Positions 26,061-33,894 of a stretch of DNA of 50,965 nt are shown in pieces. A program made the position numbers and the translations under genes. Under the pieces are notes generated by a model, which was not told the DNA's origin, made no database searches, and saw only the letters and a list, made by a program, of their open reading frames with translations. The DNA comes from Euryarchaeota archaeon UBA136 (lineage in GTDB: Archaea; Thermoplasmatota; Poseidoniia; MGIII; CG-Epi1): positions 1-50,965 of the forward strand of contig DAXQ01000076.1 of assembly GCA_002506485.1 (NCBI GenBank), in the 5' to 3' direction. Within the stretch, counting starts at the first letter, position 1; each line of letters starts with the position of its first letter.

Positions 26061-26826
26061 TCGGACTATTATCTGGGTGAGGGATGCCTTAGTGATTACC
26101 TTATCGCTTTATATCGTTTTCTCAATTGCCATGGCTCCTTGGAATAATTTGAAGTCTGAGGAACCCTTGTCTATGACCTGTGAAACGGGGTGTGCTCCTG
26201 TGATAAATTACCCAGAGGATGGTTACTATCACCACAAGGATTCAATTGTGTTCGAATGGAATTCAGTCTCGGTGGGGTATCGATTTACAGTTCTAAATAG
26301 TACGGGACATGTCTTCCATGATGAAAATCTTACTGGTATTGCATCATCTACAACCAATAGATTGCCAGTCGGTGATTATACCTCATTCGTTTATTACAAG
26401 GGTATAGTCGGCTCTTTACTGGGAGATAATGAATTTCTTCTTAGTGATGAGGATCATTCTCTGGCTTCTTCTTCAAAAATTACTGTGGTCTGGGCCCCAG
26501 TTGGGATTACTTATGGAATTGAGATTCGAGAGCACAAAGCAACAGAGATACGGATTGTTCATCAAGCCGAGGACTTGGCTCAGACATCATATGAGTTCCA
26601 GGATTTTGATAATGGTAAAACTTATTCTTGGTCTGTCTATGCCGTTGATTCCATGGGTTTTGTCTCGGAGTCGTCCAATGCAAGGGAATTGAATATAGAT
26701 ACAACCAAATTTTTAGCTTATGAACTGTTCAATAATTGGGAGGTTCCTTTCATACTGTTGGGAATCTTGATGGTTGTTGCGTTACAGGCAGGCGTTTTCC
26801 TTGCCAGGGAGGAAACTAATGATTGA
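26053..26826 (+). CDS. nuoJ: NADH-quinone oxidoreductase subunit J, C-terminal part (nuoJ2) with a ~190-aa tandem Ig/Fn3-like insertion
   Basis: ATG 26053 is preceded by AGGTGGTGA (the track ORF starts at GTG 26044). There is an N-terminal TM and a C-terminal TM (WEVPFILLGILMVVALQAGVFLA, which is NuoJ TM5-like). Between them are two beta-rich repeats (IVFEWNSVSVGYRF...GDYTSFVYY and ITVVWAPVGITYGI...KTYSWSVYA). Confidence 0.65.
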   Translation: MSSRTIIWVRDALVITLSLYIVFSIAMAPWNNLKSEEPLSMTCETGCAPVINYPEDGYYHHKDSIVFEWNSVSVGYRFTVLNSTGHVFHDENLTGIASSTTNRLPVGDYTSFVYYKGIVGSLLGDNEFLLSDEDHSLASSSKITVVWAPVGITYGIEIREHKATEIRIVHQAEDLAQTSYEFQDFDNGKTYSWSVYAVDSMGFVSESSNARELNIDTTKFLAYELFNNWEVPFILLGILMVVALQAGVFLAREETND

Positions 26827-27121
26827 TCCAATTCATTTTGTGGTATTTTCTTCAATTCTGATGTTGATCGGGGCTTATGGTGTGATTCGCAACAAGAATG
26901 CAATAGTGGTCCTTATGTCTATTGAAATAATGTTGACCGCAGCAAACATCAATTTTGTTGCATTCTCCAGTTATTATCATGATCTAACTGGCCAGGTAGC
27001 GGTACTGTTTGTTACAACCATAGCCGCGGCAGAAGTGGCAATAGGTTTGGCAATACTTTTGAGCCTTTTCAAACAGAGAGACACCATAGAACTTGATTTG
27101 TTGAATACGTTGAGGTGGTAG
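26819..27121 (+). CDS. nuoK: NADH-quinone oxidoreductase subunit K
   Basis: 100 aa from ATG 26819, with SD GGGAGGAA upstream. It has 3 TM helices and the NuoK pattern GAYGVIRNKNAIVVLMSIEIMLTAAN with conserved Glu. The track's longer ORF (from 26774) overlaps nuoJ2. Confidence 0.9.
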   Translation: MIDPIHFVVFSSILMLIGAYGVIRNKNAIVVLMSIEIMLTAANINFVAFSSYYHDLTGQVAVLFVTTIAAAEVAIGLAILLSLFKQRDTIELDLLNTLRW

Positions 27122-27122
27122 A

Positions 27123-29303
27123 TTGAGCGAAAAAGACCCCGACACATCAAATATGGACTTATTGGTAACTATCTTTGGCAGTCTGGCTTTGGCACTAGGG
27201 TTACTATTTTTCTTGGTTCAGGAGGAGGATACTAGTCCAGTCAATGTTGCCTGGTTAATCCCTGTCTTTTCGATTGTTTCATTTGTTCTTATCTTGCTTT
27301 TGGGAAGTTATGATCCCAGAAGAGGCGGTTCAATAGCTGTGATAGGTGTTGGTTTTTCCTCTGTATTTTCATTGGGGGTTGCCTATGATGTCCTGATTAA
27401 TGATGTTACCCGTGGGGGATATATTGAGTCTACGAGAATCTGGTTTGGAGGCCAAACATTCGCGTTTGAATTTGGTACTTACATAGATGGTCTAGCTGGT
27501 TTGCTTCTGTTAGTCGTTGGTTTCGTTTCCTATTTGGTAGTTGTATTTTCTCTAGGGTATATGGTGAAAGAGGGTGACCGCCAAGTAAGATATTTTGCAG
27601 AGATAGCTCTATTTGTGGGCGTGATGTTAGGTTTAGTAGTTGCCAATTCATTTTTATTGATGTTTATATTTTGGGAACTAGTCGGCGTCTGTTCCTATTT
27701 ATTAATTGGATTTTGGTATGAAAAACCATCAGCGGCTTCAGCTGCGAAGAAGGCATTTATCGTTACAAGAGTGGGCGATGTATTTCTGCTTCTTGGCCTT
27801 GTAATCTTATTCAATACTTTTGGTACTCTGAGATATTCGGAGTTGTTCAGTAACCCTGAGCTTCTATCCGAAAATGCTGAGGCAGTAAAGTGGGCGACTT
27901 TGTGTATATTTGGTGGTGCCGTAGGCAAGTCGGCACAATTTCCATTGCATGTTTGGCTTCCAGATGCGATGGAAGGTCCTACTACCGTTTCAGCACTTAT
28001 TCATGCGGCAACTATGGTGAAGGCTGGCGTTTTCCTAGTTGCTCGATCATATCCTCTGATTGTTCACAGTCCTGATACTGCGATATATATTGCTGTTACG
28101 GGAGGTGTTACAGCATTCATAGCTGCTAGTATGGCTATGGTGATGTATGATATCAAGAGAGTTCTGGCCTATTCAACGATTTCTCAATTAGGGTACATGT
28201 TCCTTGGATTGGGTGCGGGTGCTTGGGCTGTCTGGCATGCAACCGAAAATGGGCTGGAAGTCCATGCGCAGGGTTACACTGCTGGTTTATTCCATTTGAT
28301 GAATCATGCGTTTTTCAAGGCATTACTATTCTTGGGTTCAGGTGCAGTGATACATGCAGTCCATACACAGGATATGAGAGAGATGGGAGGATTACGCAAG
28401 GCTATGCCAATCACTTCTACAGCTATGGGTCTTGGTGTCTTGTCTATTGCAGGATTACCTTTCTTTTCTGGATTCTGGTCAAAAGATGAAATTCTTGAGG
28501 CAGTTCACCATAATTGGGATGCTGAAGGGATTTTTGGGGCTTTGTGGTGGTTGGGATTGCTTACTGCAGCTATGACGGCTTTCTATATGACTAGATTGTG
28601 GATGATGACCTTCAGTGGCCCTCCTTCCCATGAGGTAGAAGAGGTAATTCCTTCTGACGATCATTCGGATTCAGGCAATTGGGAGATACTCAAGAAAGAA
28701 GTCAAGATACAGGCACATGAGGCTCCACGGGTCATGACCATACCTCTGATGATTTTAGCCTTTTTAGCTGTCTTTTCAGGATTCGTGGTCTTTCTTGGAG
28801 ATGGTTTTGGTTCGGTGGTCTTCTATGGCGCACATCATTCTTCAGAGGGACCTATTCAATGGGGTCTTCTTGATCATATTTTATTATCGACCTTAACTCA
28901 CTTATCGGTCCTTGTGGGTCTTACAGGAGTAATTCTTGGTTATCTCTTCTACAAGAGAGGGGACGATGGCCAGACTCCATTCTCGACGGCTTTCGTATCT
29001 GATAGCGTTGTCACAAGCAATTTGCATACATTCTTGTCAAATCGCATGTACATGGCGAGATTATTTGATTGGTTTGGTATGAGAACTTGGGATACCTTGG
29101 CCATGGTCTGTGACTGGTTTGATCGTAAGATTATTGACGGGATTGTCAATGGAATTGCTTCCATTACACAAATCTTAAGTGGAGAGGTGAGAAAGTTGAC
29201 TTCAGGTTTTACGGGACATTATGCCTCTCTTACTATAGGTGGCCTTGGTGCTTTGGTAGTAGTTACCCGTGTGGTATTTCCATTGATGGGGTGGTCGTTA
29301 TGA
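27123..29303 (+). CDS. nuoL: NADH-quinone oxidoreductase subunit L
   Basis: 726 aa with a TTG start 6 nt after GAGGTGGT. It has the antiporter-like core (WELVGVCSYLLIGFW, PLHVWLPDAMEGPTTVSALIHAATMV) and a long C-terminal extension typical of NuoL. Confidence 0.93.
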   Translation: MSEKDPDTSNMDLLVTIFGSLALALGLLFFLVQEEDTSPVNVAWLIPVFSIVSFVLILLLGSYDPRRGGSIAVIGVGFSSVFSLGVAYDVLINDVTRGGYIESTRIWFGGQTFAFEFGTYIDGLAGLLLLVVGFVSYLVVVFSLGYMVKEGDRQVRYFAEIALFVGVMLGLVVANSFLLMFIFWELVGVCSYLLIGFWYEKPSAASAAKKAFIVTRVGDVFLLLGLVILFNTFGTLRYSELFSNPELLSENAEAVKWATLCIFGGAVGKSAQFPLHVWLPDAMEGPTTVSALIHAATMVKAGVFLVARSYPLIVHSPDTAIYIAVTGGVTAFIAASMAMVMYDIKRVLAYSTISQLGYMFLGLGAGAWAVWHATENGLEVHAQGYTAGLFHLMNHAFFKALLFLGSGAVIHAVHTQDMREMGGLRKAMPITSTAMGLGVLSIAGLPFFSGFWSKDEILEAVHHNWDAEGIFGALWWLGLLTAAMTAFYMTRLWMMTFSGPPSHEVEEVIPSDDHSDSGNWEILKKEVKIQAHEAPRVMTIPLMILAFLAVFSGFVVFLGDGFGSVVFYGAHHSSEGPIQWGLLDHILLSTLTHLSVLVGLTGVILGYLFYKRGDDGQTPFSTAFVSDSVVTSNLHTFLSNRMYMARLFDWFGMRTWDTLAMVCDWFDRKIIDGIVNGIASITQILSGEVRKLTSGFTGHYASLTIGGLGALVVVTRVVFPLMGWSL

Positions 29304-31168
29304 GATGGTTCTTATTTCTCCTTCTGGTTGTTGCACTTGTTCCTGCTGCGTCAGCTGAAAATCACACAGTGATTGTTACCCAGGCTGATGATTCCAGCTC
29401 ATACTTTTTTGATCCTGAGGTATTGACGGTAAACATTGGAGATACAGTGGAATTTGTTTGGGGCAATGGTTCTCACAATGTAGCTCAGGTTTCCGATTCA
29501 GAATCAAAGACCTATGGTTCAGGGTTCTATTCAGGTGTGCCAGAAGTGGGTGGCAATTGGGTACTGCCAGCTGAGTATACAATGCAGGATGGAACTTTGT
29601 ATTACGTTTGTCAGCCTCATGCGCTGATGGGTATGAGTGGATCAATAATTGTAGGTACTGGAACTCCTCCTCTTCCTGATATTGCAATGGAATTTGGTGA
29701 CTTCCCATGGCTTTCCTATCTTCTGGTATTTCCCCTTATCGGTTCTCTTTGGATTCTTGGTTTCAGAAACAACCCCTCTGCTCCAAGGATAATTGCTCTG
29801 TTCACTACATTATTCACGCTTGGACTATCCATTATAATATTTGTAAAGGCTGGTTCAGGAAGTGGTTTCAGATTAATGGAGGAATATGTATGGGCACCTA
29901 AACTGGGAGTGTCTCTACTACTGGGAGTTGATGGTCTCAGCTCACCGATGGTTCTGTTAACGGGAATCATTACCCCTCTCGCGGTCTTATTTGCTTGGCA
30001 TGAAAAGGAAAAACCAGCCTTATTCTTTGCTTTACTATTGGTAATGCAGACGGCCCTATTCGGTGTTTTCATCACTCTGGATTATTTTGTGTTCTATATC
30101 TTCTGGGAAGTGGTGCTGATTCCAATGTTCTTTTTGATTGCTATTTGGGGTGGCGATAACAAACGATATGCTTCAATCAAGTTCATTATTTACACATTCA
30201 CTGCTTCGGTTGTGATGTTAGTTGGATTTATGGCCCTTTATTTTGAAGCGGGCGTCAATTCCTTTTCGATGATTGAAATTGCCGAGGCTAACGCAGGTTT
30301 CAACAGGGACTTCCAGATCTGGGTTTTTGCGGCATTGTTCATCGGTTTCGCGGTCAAGATACCTTCAGTTCCTTGGCATACTTGGTTACCAGATGCCCAT
30401 GTCGAGGCTCCAACTGCGGGGTCAATTCTTTTAGCTGGAGTCATGCTGAAAATGGGACTTTATGGTTTAATGCGGGCAGCAATCCCGGTTCTACCTTTAG
30501 GTGCCGAGTATTTTGTACCAATAATGGTCGTTTTAGCTATTGTTTCTATATTGTATGGAGCAGCCTTAAGTCTGGGTCAGGAGGACCTGAAAAAATTAGT
30601 AGCATATTCTAGTGTTTCCCATATGGGTGTTGCACTGTTAGGAGTTGCAACGATGACTGAGCTGGGTTTTGCCGGTGCGGTTTTTATGATGTTTGCACAT
30701 GGTATTCTTAGCCCAGCAATGTTCATGGTTGCGGGAGTAATGTTGCATCAAGTTGGCACTCGTGATATTCCAAAACTTGGAGGTCTAGCTGGCTATCAAC
30801 CTACTACTGCTGGAGTTTTTGTTGTTATTTTCTTGGGCAGTCTTGGTCTTCCAGGTATGGCTGTTTTTGTTGCAGAATTGGCAGTTTTTATTGCTTTTTT
30901 CCAGTCTCATGGTTATTGGTTGATACTTCCAATTTTTGGAATGGTTCTGACAGCGGGTTATCATTTATGGGCTTTACAGCGCTCTTTGTTTGGTCCCGAC
31001 AGTGAGCAGATAGAAATGAATCAAGTTCACGAAGCTCCATGGTATGAGTTTTATCCTTTATTGGTAATCGTTATCCTTGCCGCTTTTTTCGGTATTTTCC
31101 CAAGTTATTTGATGGATCCTATAACTGTTGCATGTTATGATATTCTGGCTTTTATGGGGGAAGTATAG
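29300..31168 (+). CDS. nuoM: cupredoxin (type-1 copper) domain fused to NADH-quinone oxidoreductase subunit M
   Basis: ATG 29300 overlaps the nuoL stop as ATGA. A signal peptide (MRWFLFLLLVVALVPAASA) is followed by a cupredoxin with ligands in GSHNV and YYVCQPHALMGM. A Pro-rich linker leads to a complete NuoM (WHTWLPDAHVEAPTAGSILLAGVMLK) with no intervening stop codon. Confidence 0.9.
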   Translation: MRWFLFLLLVVALVPAASAENHTVIVTQADDSSSYFFDPEVLTVNIGDTVEFVWGNGSHNVAQVSDSESKTYGSGFYSGVPEVGGNWVLPAEYTMQDGTLYYVCQPHALMGMSGSIIVGTGTPPLPDIAMEFGDFPWLSYLLVFPLIGSLWILGFRNNPSAPRIIALFTTLFTLGLSIIIFVKAGSGSGFRLMEEYVWAPKLGVSLLLGVDGLSSPMVLLTGIITPLAVLFAWHEKEKPALFFALLLVMQTALFGVFITLDYFVFYIFWEVVLIPMFFLIAIWGGDNKRYASIKFIIYTFTASVVMLVGFMALYFEAGVNSFSMIEIAEANAGFNRDFQIWVFAALFIGFAVKIPSVPWHTWLPDAHVEAPTAGSILLAGVMLKMGLYGLMRAAIPVLPLGAEYFVPIMVVLAIVSILYGAALSLGQEDLKKLVAYSSVSHMGVALLGVATMTELGFAGAVFMMFAHGILSPAMFMVAGVMLHQVGTRDIPKLGGLAGYQPTTAGVFVVIFLGSLGLPGMAVFVAELAVFIAFFQSHGYWLILPIFGMVLTAGYHLWALQRSLFGPDSEQIEMNQVHEAPWYEFYPLLVIVILAAFFGIFPSYLMDPITVACYDILAFMGEV

Positions 31169-32661
31169 TGGATAGTTCTCTTCTTTTCTTGCCTGAACTA
31201 TTGTTGGTAGCCAGTATCATGGCAATCCCGGCTTTGTATATTGCTACTGAGAATAACAAATCTTATTCGATTTGCGCTAATATGACTTTGGCATTGTCAT
31301 TCTTGTTGCTTATATTATTCTGGTTTTATCCGGATGAAGTTTCATTTGAAAAGAATTCGTCAGTTTATATTATTTATAGCCATTTTAAATTGGATACCTT
31401 CTCACAATTATTCAAAATAATATTTGTATTGACAGCTTTGACGGTTTCTGTTCTGAGTGGTTCTTATTTTGAGGAAGATGAGCCTCATCAGGCAGAGTAC
31501 TATACTCTACTTCTTTCTAGTACTTTAGGTATGATGTTGGTTGCTTCTGCGACTGATTTCTTGACACTTTTCTTAGGAATAGAGATATCGGCTTTCAGCA
31601 GTTATGCTATGGTTGCTTTCAGAAAACAGGATGATAAGTCTACGGAAGCAGGGGCCAAATACTTTCTGATAGGTGCTTTTTCTTCGGCACTTACACTTTA
31701 CGGAATATCCTTGCTTTATGCCCTTACTGGTTCGATTACTTTCGAAGGTATGCGTTCATTTTTTACAGGTCTTAATAATGAAGTTGTTTCCGGGAATTTT
31801 GATGAGGTCATTTTTATTTCTAGTTTGTTCATACTTGCTGGTTTAGGCTTCAAGATCGCAGTTGTTCCCTTTCACGCCTGGGCACCTGATGTGTACCAGG
31901 GCGCTCCAACTCCTGTAACGACCCTTCTTGCAGCTGGAAGTAAGGCTATGGGGTTCGTAGCCTTGTTCAGAGTATTCTTGTTCACAATGGAAGCTGTATC
32001 TGATGAGTGGAAGTTAATTCTTGGAATTATAGCTCTTGCTTCAATGACAATTGGTAATCTGGCAGCTATTACTCAGGATGATATTGGTCGGATGCTAGCT
32101 TATTCCTCAATTGCTCAGGCAGGGTACATTCTGATCGCAGTTCCTGCTCTTACCGATGACGCAGTCTCCGGGGCCATTGCCCATACCATGGTTCATGCAT
32201 TCATGAAAGGGGGAGCTTTTGTCATAGTTGCAGGAGTAGGTGCAGCCGGGTTGGGATATAGCCTGGATTCTTACAAAGGTCTGGCTGCACGTTCACAATT
32301 ATTGGCATTGTCCATGACTGTTTGTCTTTTGTCCCTAGTTGGAATCCCTCCGTTTGCCGGATTCATTAGTAAATTTCTGCTATTCTATGGGACTTTGCAA
32401 GCTGGTCTTTCGGGAGATACTTGGATTATTGCATTGGTAATTGCCGGTGTTCTGAATTCTGCACTTTCACTGTATTATTATCTTAAAGTTATTCGGTTCA
32501 TGTATCTTTATGATGCTGTCGGTTCCAAGGATATTGAGTTTAGCAATGCGGTTCGTTATATTTCGTTCCTAACTGTGCTTTTCTTGGCTATTATTCTGCC
32601 CTTGTTCTGGCAGTCCCTCTTTGAAATCTGCAAGGAGGCTACTGTAGCTCTGATGACATGA
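31168..32661 (+). CDS. nuoN: NADH-quinone oxidoreductase subunit N
   Basis: 497 aa with a GTG start overlapping the nuoM stop by 1 nt. The antiporter-like core is present (PFHAWAPDVYQGAPTPVTTLLAAGSK). Confidence 0.9.
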   Translation: MDSSLLFLPELLLVASIMAIPALYIATENNKSYSICANMTLALSFLLLILFWFYPDEVSFEKNSSVYIIYSHFKLDTFSQLFKIIFVLTALTVSVLSGSYFEEDEPHQAEYYTLLLSSTLGMMLVASATDFLTLFLGIEISAFSSYAMVAFRKQDDKSTEAGAKYFLIGAFSSALTLYGISLLYALTGSITFEGMRSFFTGLNNEVVSGNFDEVIFISSLFILAGLGFKIAVVPFHAWAPDVYQGAPTPVTTLLAAGSKAMGFVALFRVFLFTMEAVSDEWKLILGIIALASMTIGNLAAITQDDIGRMLAYSSIAQAGYILIAVPALTDDAVSGAIAHTMVHAFMKGGAFVIVAGVGAAGLGYSLDSYKGLAARSQLLALSMTVCLLSLVGIPPFAGFISKFLLFYGTLQAGLSGDTWIIALVIAGVLNSALSLYYYLKVIRFMYLYDAVGSKDIEFSNAVRYISFLTVLFLAIILPLFWQSLFEICKEATVALMT

Positions 32662-32918
32662 TTGACAAGGATAATATTCAATATAGACAATTTAGTAAAT
32701 TGTGGGCAGGGGAGACACCTAAAGGCGTCAACATCACCAAGAGAGATGTTTTCCGTTCCAAGATGAAAAATTCATGTCAGCAGGAAGGGATTGAATTTAG
32801 TGAAATAAATGCGTTTAGAATTTTCTCGGGAGAGATTAAAGAATTAGGTTCAGACACTCAGAAGGTAGGAGAGATTAAGGTAACTAAACCACCTAGAAGA
32901 CATCTAAGAGGAATTTAA
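32658..32918 (+). CDS. hypothetical soluble 86-aa protein translationally coupled to nuoN
   Basis: It overlaps the nuoN stop as ATGA and fills the whole space to the convergent gene. It is basic with no TM helix, and I recognise no family. Confidence 0.35.
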   Translation: MIDKDNIQYRQFSKLWAGETPKGVNITKRDVFRSKMKNSCQQEGIEFSEINAFRIFSGEIKELGSDTQKVGEIKVTKPPRRHLRGI

Positions 32919-33892
32919 TTTCGGTCACTTACAATTAGTTCATTTGCAAAGGATATAGGTACCTGTTCTAGTAGAATTTTGGTTGATGAATCTGGAACCT
33001 CTTCCAAAAATTTCCGGGACATTTCTTGCCATGGGGCAATCAATTCTTCAAAGATATTCTGAGCATCGCTTGTTTTCACGTTCTTTATAATTTCACCAGC
33101 ATTTCCAGTCTCTATAAATTTATCAATAGATGGTTTGTACCCGCTATAACGAGTTAATCTTGTGACTGGTAAAGTTGGTATTCCAAGGGCTAAGTCTCCT
33201 ACAGGTGTCTTGGTAATTAATGAATTCATAAGATCAAGATAGTCATCAGTTATCTGATATATAATTCCTACAGTTTCCCCGAATTTATACATTGGTAATG
33301 CCAAGTCGGTTTGAGGCGAGATTAATGCCCCTAATTCAGCAGCTGTACTGTATAGTGCTCCAGTCTTTCTTTTTATTCTATGAAGATACACAGATTCACT
33401 GTAATTTTCTTTATCTGTAAAGTCAGCAATCGCCCCTTCAGTCAAATTCCTGGCACATATTGCTAGAGATTTTCCTGTGGCTAATGAGATGGCCCCATGT
33501 AGGGACCCCGTTGCAACCATCAGATCCGCGACTAAAATGGCTGTCCTTGGGCCCAGTTCTTTCCACAATGATGGAGCCTCACGCCTAAATTTATCTCCAT
33601 CTAACCAATCATCATGTATCAAGGTTCCACAATGAATCAATTCCAAGGCCATTCCACATTCGAATGCCAAATGGGCATCGCCACCTAAACAATCGGATAC
33701 TAAACGGCAAAGTACGGGTCGTAATTGCTTTCCTTGCCCTACTCCTTTTTCTATTAGAGGTGCTATATCCTTTGATTCCTTGCTGATTTCTCTTTTCAGA
33801 TGTCTTTGGAACTCAACTCTAACTTCTTCGAAATAATCGTTTAAATTCTGCGAGACTGTCAGATTTTCCTGTAATTTTATTGTTTCTTTCAT
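32915..33892 (-). CDS. trans-polyprenyl diphosphate synthase (GGPP or longer-chain)
   Basis: 325 aa. It has the first Asp-rich motif LIHDDWLDGD and the second ITDDYLD. Confidence 0.88.
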   Translation of the reverse strand: MKETIKLQENLTVSQNLNDYFEEVRVEFQRHLKREISKESKDIAPLIEKGVGQGKQLRPVLCRLVSDCLGGDAHLAFECGMALELIHCGTLIHDDWLDGDKFRREAPSLWKELGPRTAILVADLMVATGSLHGAISLATGKSLAICARNLTEGAIADFTDKENYSESVYLHRIKRKTGALYSTAAELGALISPQTDLALPMYKFGETVGIIYQITDDYLDLMNSLITKTPVGDLALGIPTLPVTRLTRYSGYKPSIDKFIETGNAGEIIKNVKTSDAQNIFEELIAPWQEMSRKFLEEVPDSSTKILLEQVPISFANELIVSDRN

Positions 33893-33894
33893 AG

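Noticed and set aside
26774-26818. Longer 115-aa version of nuoK starting inside nuoJ2
   Set aside because: The extra 15 residues overlap the nuoJ2 C-terminus in another frame. The ATG at 26819 has an SD (GGGAGGAA) and yields the canonical about 100-aa NuoK.
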